Shown: positions 23,339-33,606 of the stretch, one piece after another | Position numbering within the stretch: position 1 is the first letter of the stretch | How the letters are laid out: each line of letters opens with the position of its first letter | DNA from: Methanobrevibacter sp. | Lineage (GTDB): Archaea > Methanobacteriota > Methanobacteria > Methanobacteriales > Methanobacteriaceae | Assembly (NCBI RefSeq): GCF_045541095.1 | Contig: NZ_JAZQIJ010000220.1 | Coordinates: 1 to 57,537 of the forward strand | Length of the DNA: 57,537 nt | Direction: 5' to 3' | Notes under the pieces: generated by a model | What the model saw: the letters and a program-made list of their open reading frames with translations, nothing else | Database searches by the model: none | What the model was told of the DNA's origin: nothing | Program-made: the position numbers and the translations under genes

Positions 23339-23448
23339 AACTATCAAAATAAAGAAAGGATATTAAGTTTAGAAAAAATTTCAAAATTAGTTTAGCATAT
23401 ATATTAACATAACCACAGCTAAAAATTTGTCAAAATTCAAACTCTCAT

Positions 23449-23652
23449 TCAATCATCTTCATCAAAAGAAAAAACTTCTTCAATGGAATTTTTCCCCAAT
23501 ACTTTTGTAATTTTATAGGCTAATAGTAAGGAAGGATTATAACGAGCATTCTCTAAAGCATTTATTGTTTGACGAGTTACGCCTACGGATTCAGCCAATT
23601 TTTGTTGAGTCATCCCTTTTTCATGGCGGAACTGTCTTATTTTTGTTTCCAT
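23449..23652 (-). CDS. XRE-family HTH regulator
   Basis: [21 protein letters not shown]-x3-YNPSL. Confidence 0.9.
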   Translation of the reverse strand: METKIRQFRHEKGMTQQKLAESVGVTRQTINALENARYNPSLLLAYKITKVLGKNSIEEVFSFDEDD

Positions 23653-23802
23653 ATACTCACCTATTGCATAACCAATGTTATGTAGGTGTATTTTAATCTT
23701 TAAATAATGCCTATATAAATGTTTTGAATATATTAAAATTTAATATACATAATCAACAAAACATAAAATTATAATTAAATGAAAATTAAGAGTTGATAAA
23801 AA

Positions 23803-25152
23803 ATGGCTATACACCCTATCGAATTTAGGTATGGAACTCCTGAAATGAAAAAAATTTGGGAAGAAGAAAATAAACTACAAAAAATGCTAGACGTTGAATC
23901 TGCACTAGCACAAGCTGAAGGAAAACTAGGAATAATCCCTCAGGAAGTTGCAGACGAAATTGCGGCAAAAGCTAATACAAATTATGTTAAACTAGAAAGA
24001 ATGAAAGAAATCGAAGCCGAAACTAATCACGATATCGCAGCTTTATCAAAATCAATTACAGAAGTCTGTGAAAACGGTGCCGGAGAATACGTTCACTTTG
24101 GTGCTACATCCAATGATATCGTTGACAGTTCAAATTCACTGCTCATTAAAGATTCAATTGAAGTGCTTAAAGAAAAACTTGAAAGACTGACTAAAATAAT
24201 GCTCAAGTTAACTGAAGAGAATAAAATGAAAGTGTGCATAGGACGTACACACGGTCAACATGCACTTCCAACCACATATGGTATGAAATTTGGTATTTGG
24301 GCAGATGAACTCCATAGACAATACGTAAGGTTAGAAAATGCAGAATCAAATGTATGTATTGGTATGATGGACGGTGCAGTTGGTACCACAGCAGCATTAG
24401 GCGAACAGGGATGGGAAATTCACAAAACTGTTGCAGAAATATTAGGACTTCCTGCAGCAACAATAACCAACCAAGTTGTTCAAAGGGACAACCACGTTGA
24501 ATTCATCAGCGTATTGGCCAACATCGCAAGTACACTTGACAAAATCGGATTAGAAATCAGAAGCCTGCAAAGAACCGAACTTATGGAAGTAGGTGAATTC
24601 TTTGATCCTGAAAAACAGGTGGGAAGCAGCACAATGCCGCACAAAATGAATCCTATTACTGCTGAAAGAATCTGTGGTGTTGCAAGAATCATCAAATCAT
24701 ATGTTAATGCAGCCTTAGACAACAATCCTCTATGGCATGAAAGAGATTTGACAAATTCATCATGTGAAAGAATCATGTTCCCGGAAAGCTGTATCTTAAC
24801 CGATTACATCCTTAACTTAACCATAAAATTAATGAACAATCTAATTTTCTATGATGAAAATATCGAAAGGAATCTGAACCTAACCAACGGTTTGATTATG
24901 GCAGAAAGATTAATGGCCGAACTTACCCGTGCAGGAATGGGTAAACAAACCGCTTACGGAATCGTTAGAAAAAATGCAATTAAAGCAAACAAAGAGAAAC
25001 TCTTGCTTGGAGAATTAATTTTAGAAGATGAAGAGGTTCAAAAATACCTGACAGAAGAAGATGTTGAAAAAATTATGGACCCTCACACTTACGTCGGTTC
25101 AATTTCAATAATCATTGATGAATTGCTTGAAAAATCCAAAGACTGGTTTTAG
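23803..25152 (+). CDS. purB: Adenylosuccinate lyase
   Basis: GRTHGQHA, GSSTMPHKMNP and HERDL. Confidence 0.96.
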   Translation: MAIHPIEFRYGTPEMKKIWEEENKLQKMLDVESALAQAEGKLGIIPQEVADEIAAKANTNYVKLERMKEIEAETNHDIAALSKSITEVCENGAGEYVHFGATSNDIVDSSNSLLIKDSIEVLKEKLERLTKIMLKLTEENKMKVCIGRTHGQHALPTTYGMKFGIWADELHRQYVRLENAESNVCIGMMDGAVGTTAALGEQGWEIHKTVAEILGLPAATITNQVVQRDNHVEFISVLANIASTLDKIGLEIRSLQRTELMEVGEFFDPEKQVGSSTMPHKMNPITAERICGVARIIKSYVNAALDNNPLWHERDLTNSSCERIMFPESCILTDYILNLTIKLMNNLIFYDENIERNLNLTNGLIMAERLMAELTRAGMGKQTAYGIVRKNAIKANKEKLLLGELILEDEEVQKYLTEEDVEKIMDPHTYVGSISIIIDELLEKSKDWF

Positions 25153-25160
25153 GTGATATA

Positions 25161-26009
25161 ATGGTTAACATTAAAGAATTGAAATCTGTTGAATTATCCT
25201 CATTTACAATAATTTCAACCGGAATTGCCGTACTGTTTGCAATAATATCATCTATTTTGCTTACACTCGTTATCGGCATTACAAATGCAAGCGCAATTGG
25301 AGTTGGAATTTACCTTATCCCAACAATAGTAGTGGGTACACTAATGTATACCATCTACAATTCCTTTTTTGAAGGGTTTATTTACAATACATTGGCCAAA
25401 TATCTAAAAACCATAAAATTTGCATTTAACGACAAAGAAATTGTTAAAGTCACAACAACAGAAACAGCTATCATAACATCCATGATTGCCACCATACAAG
25501 TGATACTGCTTTATCTGGTTTCTGTTTTTGTACTGCCTTTAATAATCAGTGCTTCAATGCAGACATTGATGTATGCAGGCCAAACTACATTAGCCTATAC
25601 ACTTTATCAACTGTTAGTCCTCATTAGCCAGCCTACAACAATTGCAATGGTCATATTCGGAACATTCATCATTACTTTCGTTTATGTTCTGCTTGCATGC
25701 TACATCTACAACTTACTTGCAAATTCAGGAAGAGGAATCCTGGTAAACCTATCTAAAGAAAATAACTTAACCGTTATCGAATCAATTGACATGATGAGAT
25801 TTGCAATTGTTTTTGGAATTATAACAGGCATTTTAAGTCTGATTTCCGGAATTATTGGAGTCATCAGCGGTGGAACTGCAATGACATTAATCAGCAGCGC
25901 CATCGGTGGGTTGGTAAGTGGTTTAGTTGAAGGTGCACTTTTTGCAATATTCTATAACTTCCTAGCACCAAAACTTGGAAAATTAAAATTAGAATTAATT
26001 GATTTTTAA
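25161..26009 (+). CDS. Hypothetical multi-pass membrane protein with internal repeats
   Basis: About 6 TM segments; repeated (I/F)YN-x-LA motif. Confidence 0.75.
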   Translation: MVNIKELKSVELSSFTIISTGIAVLFAIISSILLTLVIGITNASAIGVGIYLIPTIVVGTLMYTIYNSFFEGFIYNTLAKYLKTIKFAFNDKEIVKVTTTETAIITSMIATIQVILLYLVSVFVLPLIISASMQTLMYAGQTTLAYTLYQLLVLISQPTTIAMVIFGTFIITFVYVLLACYIYNLLANSGRGILVNLSKENNLTVIESIDMMRFAIVFGIITGILSLISGIIGVISGGTAMTLISSAIGGLVSGLVEGALFAIFYNFLAPKLGKLKLELIDF

Positions 26010-26014
26010 ATCAA

Positions 26015-28510
26015 TTAATTTTTTAAACTTTTTCTTTTTATTTCAGGAACATATCTCTTAAGCATCAATGATAAAGATATGACTGTTACAGAACTTAATG
26101 CCATCGCAAGTCCTGCCAGAGCCGGTTCAAATGTAATGCCAAACGTAGGGTACAATACACCAGCGGAGATAGGAATTAGAATTGTGTTATAAGCAAAAGC
26201 CCAGAAGATATTTTCCTTAATTCTTCTCATGACTTTTTTGGAGAACTGCACGGCGGCAACAACGTTTTCCAAATCTCCTTCCATTACAACTATATCTCCA
26301 CTTTCCATAGCAATATCCGTTCCGTTACCCATAGCAACACCAATATCCGCTTGAGTTAAAGCAGGAGCATCATTTATACCATCTCCAACGAACAAAACCT
26401 TTTTGGTGTGGTTTGCTTGAGTCTCTTTTACAATGTCAAGCTTGTTTTCAGGCAAAACTCCTGCACGGACATTATCTATTCCAACATCACGGGCAACATT
26501 GAGTGCTGTTGATTCATTGTCTCCTGTAAGCATGTATGTTTCAACACCCATATTATGCAATTCTTCAATTGTTCTTTTAGAATTTTGCTTGATTTTATCA
26601 GATAAGCTTAATATACCTTTTACAGTTTTATCCTGTGCCAAAAATATGATTGTTTTGGATAGCTTTTCAAGTTCATGATACTTATCTACCAGCTCATCTG
26701 ACACTTCAATTTCATTGGCCTGCATTAAGGAAAGGTTTCCTGCATAAACATCACTGCCATTCAATTTGGCTTTAAGACCTTTTCCGGTGATATTTTCAAA
26801 TTCTGTTGTTGAGTCAAGATCAATTCCCAAATCCTTGGATTTGTTTACAATGGCCTTTGCAATTGGATGATTTGAATTCTGCTCGATGCTTGCTGCAAGT
26901 TTGATTAATTCCTTATCAGAGATGCCATAGGATATCACGTCATCGACTTCAGGTTTTCCTTCAGTTATTGTTCCGGTTTTGTCAAATGCGGCCACATCAA
27001 TCTGACCCGCATTTTCCAAGGTATCTCCGTTTTTAATTAGAATACCGAACTCCGCAGCTCTTCCAACACCTACGGTTACCGCTGTCGGTGTAGCAAGACC
27101 TAAAGCACATGGGCATGCTACGACAAGAATTGAAATCAGACATGTCAAGGAGAACAGCAGTGTTTGCCCCAAAACAAAATACCATATTAAAAATACAATT
27201 ATGGCTATTGATAAAATTACCGGAATAAAGTAGGATACAATTGTATTTGCGAATTTCTGAACGGGAGGCCTTGAAGACTGTGCCTTTTCAACCAATCTGA
27301 TGATGTTTGAAAGAACTGTTTCCTTTCCGATTTTTTTAGCCTTAATGTATAAAACACCATCCTGATTTATGGTTCCTGCAAAGACCTCTTCACCATCTTT
27401 TTTAACCTTTGGAATAGGTTCACCATTAATCATGGATTCATCGACATAGGACTCACCGCCAATTACATCACCGTCTACAGGTATTTTATCCCCAGGTTTA
27501 ACCAAAAGCAAGTCATCCAATACGATATCTGCAATTGAAACTTCCTTTTGAGAAGTTATCTCACCATTTTCATCCAGTTCAATGGAAGTTGCAACTGTCG
27601 GTTGAAGACCTATCAGTTCACGAATGGAATCTGAAGTACGTTTTTTGGCCCTAGCCTCAAGATATCTTCCAATCATCAAAAAAGAAGGAAGCATTACTGC
27701 TGAGTCATAAAACATGAAAGTATGGTCCAATACTATGCCGAAGGTTCCGAATATGCTTGAAATGTATGCAACAAGAATACCCATTGAATACATCACATCC
27801 ATATTAAGGTTTTTATGCATTAAACCGTTTATTCCGGCTTTTAAAATCGGCAGTGAAACATATAAAAACGGTGCTATACTTACAATCAATGACAAAAATC
27901 CCATTGATGAGATATGGATTCCTGTAGTTTCATGCAGATTATGGAAATATCCCATTAACGGATCCCATCCGCTGAACATCAAAACCATTAAAACAGCAGA
28001 AAAGAACAGTCCTATGATTATTCTGTTACGTTTATCAGCCAAATCCTTTTGATAAATAGCCTCTTCATCTATTTCGGTCTGGCCTTCAACTCCTAAAAGC
28101 TCAAAGCCCAATGATTCGATTACCTTTTCGATTTCATCCAATTCCACTTTGGATGAATCATATCTTATTCTTGCAGACTGTGAGGTCAAATCCGCCTTAA
28201 CATCAAAAATTCCATCCAGCCTGATTAAAAAATTCTCTACATTCATGGTGCAGGAAGCGCAGTGCATTCCCTGAATTCTTAATGTCATCTCATCGGAGTG
28301 CAACTGAAAACCCAAGTTTTTAACCAGCCTCTCCATTTCCTCATAAGAAATCTTTTTAGTATTGACAGTGATATGCAACTTGTTTGATGCCAAATCAGCG
28401 TCAACTTCCTCTACACCCTCAATTTTTTCAAAGGTTTTATTTACACTGAGTACACATGAAGCACAGTGCATCCCTTCAATTGGCAAATCCATACGTTTAT
28501 GTTTTACCAT
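26015..28510 (-). CDS. copA: Cu(I)-translocating P1B ATPase
   Basis: Two GMHCASC HMA domains; CPC, DKTGT, HP, GDGINDAP and YN motifs. Confidence 0.93.
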   Translation of the reverse strand: MVKHKRMDLPIEGMHCASCVLSVNKTFEKIEGVEEVDADLASNKLHITVNTKKISYEEMERLVKNLGFQLHSDEMTLRIQGMHCASCTMNVENFLIRLDGIFDVKADLTSQSARIRYDSSKVELDEIEKVIESLGFELLGVEGQTEIDEEAIYQKDLADKRNRIIIGLFFSAVLMVLMFSGWDPLMGYFHNLHETTGIHISSMGFLSLIVSIAPFLYVSLPILKAGINGLMHKNLNMDVMYSMGILVAYISSIFGTFGIVLDHTFMFYDSAVMLPSFLMIGRYLEARAKKRTSDSIRELIGLQPTVATSIELDENGEITSQKEVSIADIVLDDLLLVKPGDKIPVDGDVIGGESYVDESMINGEPIPKVKKDGEEVFAGTINQDGVLYIKAKKIGKETVLSNIIRLVEKAQSSRPPVQKFANTIVSYFIPVILSIAIIVFLIWYFVLGQTLLFSLTCLISILVVACPCALGLATPTAVTVGVGRAAEFGILIKNGDTLENAGQIDVAAFDKTGTITEGKPEVDDVISYGISDKELIKLAASIEQNSNHPIAKAIVNKSKDLGIDLDSTTEFENITGKGLKAKLNGSDVYAGNLSLMQANEIEVSDELVDKYHELEKLSKTIIFLAQDKTVKGILSLSDKIKQNSKRTIEELHNMGVETYMLTGDNESTALNVARDVGIDNVRAGVLPENKLDIVKETQANHTKKVLFVGDGINDAPALTQADIGVAMGNGTDIAMESGDIVVMEGDLENVVAAVQFSKKVMRRIKENIFWAFAYNTILIPISAGVLYPTFGITFEPALAGLAMALSSVTVISLSLMLKRYVPEIKRKSLKN

Positions 28511-28605
28511 CTCATCACAACCATTCGAATTATATAAAACAATATATATTTTTTACTAAATAAATATTTAGGTAAAACTAAATTTAAATGAAAAAATGAA
28601 TAACA

Positions 28606-29397
28606 TTACATATACTTGACTTTAATGTCCTTGTGAGGAATTGTTCTTTTAAAGCTCTTTTTAGGATACCCTATTATGAAAGCGGAATACATATGTTTAT
28701 CCTTATCAATCTGCGGGAAAAATTCCATCAGTTTATCATGGTCTATTTCATCGGCCTTTAAAATGAAAAGTGAATAAAATCCACCGAGTCCCAAAGAATA
28801 TGCAAGAAGTTCCATACGGGTATTTGCTATTACCGCACTTGTCTTGTCAGTGGAAAATGTTAAAATTAACTGTTGGCCTGTCCACAGTAACGGATGATAT
28901 TTTTTTGTAGTATTATCCCGGATATAGTCCCCGAATTCCTTTATTCTGAAAAACTCATCTTCCTCAACTTTAATTATATCATAAACATGTTTCATAAAGT
29001 CGTTGAGTTTACTGTCCAAAACAACAAATTCTGAATCCTGTTCGTTTTGGGCGGAAGGAGAATAATATGCTCCTTCAAATAATCTGTCAAAAGTAAATTT
29101 ATCAATTTTTTTCTTTTTAAACCAGCGAATTGATCTTCTCTGTTTTAAAAACTGCAGCATGTCATGATAGTCAACCGGTAGTTCACGAGGATTATAATCC
29201 ACAATCCTGTTTTCACGTCCCTTATATATTTTAAGGGTGACTGCTTTGGCAGGACAAATTGCCATACAATGTCCGCATTCAAAGCAATTGCTTCCGGTTT
29301 CATAAGCCACTTCATCTATTTCAATATTGTCCCTAATACAAACTGATTTGCATTGCCCGCATGCAATGCATTTCTCTTTATCAATCATTAATTTCAT
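28606..29397 (-). CDS. Ferredoxin-nitroreductase fusion
   Basis: Two CxxCxxC clusters; RRSIR and SPSAQN. Confidence 0.87.
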   Translation of the reverse strand: MKLMIDKEKCIACGQCKSVCIRDNIEIDEVAYETGSNCFECGHCMAICPAKAVTLKIYKGRENRIVDYNPRELPVDYHDMLQFLKQRRSIRWFKKKKIDKFTFDRLFEGAYYSPSAQNEQDSEFVVLDSKLNDFMKHVYDIIKVEEDEFFRIKEFGDYIRDNTTKKYHPLLWTGQQLILTFSTDKTSAVIANTRMELLAYSLGLGGFYSLFILKADEIDHDKLMEFFPQIDKDKHMYSAFIIGYPKKSFKRTIPHKDIKVKYM

Positions 29398-30608
29398 TTT
29401 ACTACAACCCCATCTTGAATAACATTTAAAATAGCGTCATTATCGCTTAAGACACTTATATCATCTAATGGGTTTGAATTTACTAGTAGTAAATCTGCAA
29501 TGTAATTCTGTTTTACTAAACCTAGACTATCATTTCCTAAAAATTCAGCTGCCTTAACGGTTCCGGCAGCTATGGCTTCATCATTACTCATTCCAATGTC
29601 TTTAAGATGAACCAGTTCCTCCAAATTATGACCATGAGGAATAACACCGCTGTCGGTTCCCATTAAAATATTAACGCCCTCCTCATATGCAACGGAAATA
29701 TTTTCCTTGTGAACCTTCACGATTTCTTTAAGTTTGGCGGTTTTTTCATCTGCATAGTTGTCCCATGCAGGAAAACCGGATCTGTACAGGAATTGGTGAA
29801 CCAATAATGTCGGAACCAGACTGACATCATTTTCAGCCATCCTTTGAGCTGTCTTTCGGTCAATGAAAGTTCCATGCTCAATTGATGAAAATCCCACATC
29901 AATACAGTTGTTCATTCCTTTAAGACTGTGGCAATGAGCTGAAACCTTCATGTTACTTGCATTAGCTTCGCAAACTATGGTTTTTAACTCTTTTTTATTG
30001 AACTGGGCAAATTCAGGTGAAGTGTTTGTTGTCAAAACACCGCCGCTTGCCATTACCTTAATAAAATCTGCACCTGCCCTTTTAACTTCACGAGTCTTTT
30101 TCAAGACCTCTTCAATTCCATCACATCTCCCCTTCGGAAATCCGGGATATATGATTTCCATATCCCAACCGGAAGGAAGCAGCAAATCAAAATGCCCACC
30201 TGTCATGACCAGAGGAGTGATTGACAAATGAACTTTAGGAGCTTTAAATAATTTTCTTTCCTGAGCCAATTTAAAACTTAAATCGGCAGAACCGCAATCC
30301 CTAATTGTTGTTACACCTGCATTGAGAGTTTGGGCAGAATGTGGCACTGCATTATAAAAATGAATGCCCAGAGGATTTGCCATGTTTTCCTCCTTGTGAA
30401 AACCCTTTGCAAAAATGTGGCAATGACAGTCAATAAAACCTGAAAGCAGATAATTATCTCCGCCATCAATTACGTTAACGTTTTCTTTTGTATTGATTTT
30501 TGAAGAGGAAATATCCTTGATTAAGTTATCTTCAATCAAAACATTTTGAGAACTTTTAATCTCTTCAAAAGGATTTACGATGTTGACGTTTTCAATCAGA
30601 GTTTGCAT
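29394..30608 (-). CDS. Metal-dependent amidohydrolase (Xaa-Pro dipeptidase-like subgroup)
   Basis: IDCHCH, GVTTIRD, IKVMASGG, SIEHG and GTDSG. Confidence 0.87.
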   Translation of the reverse strand: MQTLIENVNIVNPFEEIKSSQNVLIEDNLIKDISSSKINTKENVNVIDGGDNYLLSGFIDCHCHIFAKGFHKEENMANPLGIHFYNAVPHSAQTLNAGVTTIRDCGSADLSFKLAQERKLFKAPKVHLSITPLVMTGGHFDLLLPSGWDMEIIYPGFPKGRCDGIEEVLKKTREVKRAGADFIKVMASGGVLTTNTSPEFAQFNKKELKTIVCEANASNMKVSAHCHSLKGMNNCIDVGFSSIEHGTFIDRKTAQRMAENDVSLVPTLLVHQFLYRSGFPAWDNYADEKTAKLKEIVKVHKENISVAYEEGVNILMGTDSGVIPHGHNLEELVHLKDIGMSNDEAIAAGTVKAAEFLGNDSLGLVKQNYIADLLLVNSNPLDDISVLSDNDAILNVIQDGVVVK

Positions 30609-30615
30609 ATTATCA

Positions 30616-31005
30616 CTATAATAATTCTATTGTTCCATTATCCCCATCAACCTCAACCAAGGTTCCGTCAGTCAAATCTTTGGTATCGGCAGGTGAGTCA
30701 ACCATAGGGATATCAGACATTATGGCTCCTGTAGCTATAATAGGCTCGGCATCAAGACAAATTATGGCCTTTGGAGCAGTATTGTTTTTCATCATCTGGA
30801 AAATTACATAAGATCCAACGGTGGAACCTTTTCCTCCAGGAATAAACAATACTTTGTCTTTAATTATTTGGCCTTTCAATTCATGATTCGGATCAATAAT
30901 TTCACCGTTTTCAGGATTTACTCCTCCCAAAAAGCTTATGGGTTCAGATGAAACTATCAATTCCCCTTTTCCTTTACCTTTAGCAATGCTTCTACAATCA
31001 ATCAT
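30616..31005 (-). CDS. DUF126 / aconitase X swivel subunit (phosphomevalonate dehydratase small subunit)
   Basis: ISFLGGV and GKGSTVGSY motifs. Confidence 0.85.
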   Translation of the reverse strand: MIDCRSIAKGKGKGELIVSSEPISFLGGVNPENGEIIDPNHELKGQIIKDKVLFIPGGKGSTVGSYVIFQMMKNNTAPKAIICLDAEPIIATGAIMSDIPMVDSPADTKDLTDGTLVEVDGDNGTIELL

Positions 31006-31016
31006 ATAATCACTAA

Positions 31017-31574
31017 CTATAACAATTTATCTTCAACGCTTTCTCCACGATTCAATGCATTTGTGGATTGGATAACATCAACCAATGCCCAAATCCATAT
31101 AACTAAAACCAATATGAATCCTATGAGAAGCAGTATTAAAAATGCAGATACTACATAAGCCAATAAAAATATTGCTCCCTTACGGCTCAATCCCAAATAG
31201 AAATGACCAAGCCCGGGAAGTATTACGCTTAAAATAACGGATACCAAAACACTCTTTTCCTGATATGTTTGAACATAGTTTCCTCCAGCAGTTGCATTAA
31301 CAGCAGTTTTTTGTTCCAAATCATAACCACAATTTGGACAGAACTTGAATTCGCCTTCAAGCTTATATCCGCAATTACGGCAAAATTTAACTTTATCGGA
31401 ACTTTCTTCTACAGTTGTTGCCTCAACTGGTATAGTATCCTTAACATTTACAGGTACTGTTTCTTCAACCTCAACAGGAACATCTTCTTCCACAACTTCA
31501 GGAAGTTGAGCTCCACAATTCTTACAGAATTTTGCATCAGGAACTTCCATTCCACAATCTGGACAAATTACCAT
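31017..31574 (-). CDS. Zinc-ribbon and TM2-domain membrane protein
   Basis: Four CxxCG knuckles; [12 protein letters not shown]2 motif. Confidence 0.82.
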   Translation of the reverse strand: MVICPDCGMEVPDAKFCKNCGAQLPEVVEEDVPVEVEETVPVNVKDTIPVEATTVEESSDKVKFCRNCGYKLEGEFKFCPNCGYDLEQKTAVNATAGGNYVQTYQEKSVLVSVILSVILPGLGHFYLGLSRKGAIFLLAYVVSAFLILLLIGFILVLVIWIWALVDVIQSTNALNRGESVEDKLL

Positions 31575-31583
31575 TTCTTTCAC

Positions 31584-32840
31584 CTAAATAACATCTTTTT
31601 TCATGATTTCTCTTAAAACTGCTGTTGCATAAGAACCCTTATCTATGGAAAATTCACATAACACTCCATCATCGGTTGGAGTCGCTTTACCATCCCATAC
31701 TCTAAAACGCATCTGACGCCTTAACCCATGACTTCCCAAACGAGGCATTTTTGGAACTTCAAAGTCCTGTTTTGTAATGCCATATTTCTTCAATACAGTT
31801 TCTTCCATCACTCCAACTTCACCGTCGGCAAATGGAACTTTTGTACCGAACAGAGGACATGTCGGATTTGCTTTGAAGTCGGCAATTAAATCTTGAAACT
31901 CTTCAGGAGTTTTGTCACGAACAATATGTTCTTCATTGTCAATGATAATATCTCCCTCAACATATTTATCAATACCCATTGCTACGCGGTTACTGACAGC
32001 CTCGTTAAAAAGATAAGACTGATATGCATGGACAAACATTCTCTGAAGCGGCTTTGGAAGTGCATGAAGTGCATTCATGTAGGATTTGTCAGTGAGTTCG
32101 CCTTTTTTCGAATCCCTTATCAATTCCTTAATCATCATCTTCTCATAGCGCATTCCTTTACCCATAAGATTAAGTGATTCCTCAAGATTTCCTTCATCAA
32201 ATGCTTTTCTAGCCATCTGATTGTCTTCACCTTCATCATCCTGAGGATTTCCAATGTATGTATTAACCGCCTTTTCAAGGTCATTTTCAACCAAGGCCCT
32301 GCCTACAAGATGAGTGATTGTTCTTGGCTTTCCAAAACGTTGCCATCCGAAGTAATTTGGAACACCTGTTGTTTCCAACTGTGAGAGGACTTCATTTGCA
32401 ATGTCTGCACTTTCCTCGACATCATCCAAATCCCTAATTAGAATCTTGAATTTGTTTCCTTTTAATTGACCCATTCTGAGCTTTTTGCGACCACGAACAA
32501 CCTTTAAAAAATCAGTTTTATAAATGTCAAGGTTTTCAACCTGCCTGAATTGCTCTTCAGAATCCATATTGGCAATGCAAATCCATTGGCGGGTGATAGC
32601 TTTCTTGTCTTTCATTCCCGCAAAGCCCATTCTTTTTCTTGAAACGTGCAAATCACGGGCAATGTCCAAAACGACATCCAAAGTTGTTCTTCCCAACTTT
32701 TCTATCCATACATAGACGTTAGGCCCTTCGCCATCTGGAATGACTTCAGGAATTTCTTCAACATAAAAATCTTCATATTGGTTTCTAATGGTTCCACCAA
32801 TACCTTTTTGGCTAGTAACATAAGTATTAGCATTTAACAT
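31584..32840 (-). CDS. truD: tRNA pseudouridine(13) synthase
   Basis: DFYVEE, AGMKDK-x-A-x-TRQ, GNKF, PNYFG-x-QRFG and GSYAT. Confidence 0.95.
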   Translation of the reverse strand: MLNANTYVTSQKGIGGTIRNQYEDFYVEEIPEVIPDGEGPNVYVWIEKLGRTTLDVVLDIARDLHVSRKRMGFAGMKDKKAITRQWICIANMDSEEQFRQVENLDIYKTDFLKVVRGRKKLRMGQLKGNKFKILIRDLDDVEESADIANEVLSQLETTGVPNYFGWQRFGKPRTITHLVGRALVENDLEKAVNTYIGNPQDDEGEDNQMARKAFDEGNLEESLNLMGKGMRYEKMMIKELIRDSKKGELTDKSYMNALHALPKPLQRMFVHAYQSYLFNEAVSNRVAMGIDKYVEGDIIIDNEEHIVRDKTPEEFQDLIADFKANPTCPLFGTKVPFADGEVGVMEETVLKKYGITKQDFEVPKMPRLGSHGLRRQMRFRVWDGKATPTDDGVLCEFSIDKGSYATAVLREIMKKDVI

Positions 32841-32861
32841 AATAATCACGGAAAATAATCA

Positions 32862-32935
32862 TGCCCTGGCCGGGATTTGAACCCGGGGAATGGGATCCGC
32901 AGTCCCATGTGTTATCCAAACTACACCACCAGGGC
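32862..32935 (-). tRNA. tRNA-Arg(GCG), no intron, CCA not encoded
   Basis: Acceptor GCCCTGG/CCAGGGC; anticodon arm TGGGA-CTGCGGA-TCCCA; T arm CCGGG-TTCAAAT-CCCGG; A20 present. Confidence 0.93.
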
Positions 32936-32986
32936 AAAACAAAATAAGATAACATATAAATATAAGATTTTAATAGTATTTAATCA

Positions 32987-33424
32987 TTACCATACATACA
33001 GCGTATATGAATAATCACCGTAAGACCTTGTTGCAACTGAAACCTTATCTGCATTGTTGAAATTTCCAGATGACGCCAGCACCTTACCTTTAAGTTTATT
33101 GTTTTCACAAAACTTATAATTCGTTAATTTATAACCGTCCAGTTTGTTTTGACAAATATCAGAAATTTCCCGTATTGATTTTTTTGAATTTCTATTATCT
33201 TTTAAAATGATTGAAATTTCACCCAAAAATGATTGGTCTGTAAAATTCACTTTTTTTGAAAGCAGTTCCATGATGTCCTGACTAGTTCGGATATCTTTTG
33301 ATTCATATGAGTAATCCGGACTTGGGATTGAAATTATAGAATTTACCACCAAAACAGCAATCAAAAGAACTGCAATTGCAAGTATTGACTCAATTAGATA
33401 AAAACTTCCTTTCTGATCTTTCAT
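32987..33424 (-). CDS. Pilin-like protein with possible class III signal peptide
   Basis: MKDQKG followed by a hydrophobic helix containing an early Glu. Confidence 0.55.
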   Translation of the reverse strand: MKDQKGSFYLIESILAIAVLLIAVLVVNSIISIPSPDYSYESKDIRTSQDIMELLSKKVNFTDQSFLGEISIILKDNRNSKKSIREISDICQNKLDGYKLTNYKFCENNKLKGKVLASSGNFNNADKVSVATRSYGDYSYTLYVW

Positions 33425-33575
33425 AAATGAGAATTGTGGATTAAATTAAATAAAAAATTTGGAAGTGTGAAAGTGCGATTTTACACATTTTCACATACAT
33501 GAGTCATGTTAAACTGAAAAAGAACAATTAGAAAAATAGAAGTTATAAAACAGTTATAGGCCCAATTTATGAAAT

Positions 33576-33602
33576 AAAAAAAAGAGAGAAGAATTTTCTC
33601 TT
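33576..33602 (-). terminator. Hairpin plus U-tract downstream of the cfbD-hisH operon
   Basis: AGAGAA-AATTC-TTCTCT followed by a T8 run on the minus strand. Confidence 0.5.
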
Positions 33603-33606
33603 AAAT

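Noticed and set aside
32862-32935. tRNA as an island attachment site
   Set aside because: No duplicated tRNA 3' end was noticed and core genes flank it
33464-33496. Imperfect inverted repeat GTGTGAAAGTG...CACATTTTCACA as an ncRNA
   Set aside because: Short, single copy and no family resemblance; could be an operator or chance
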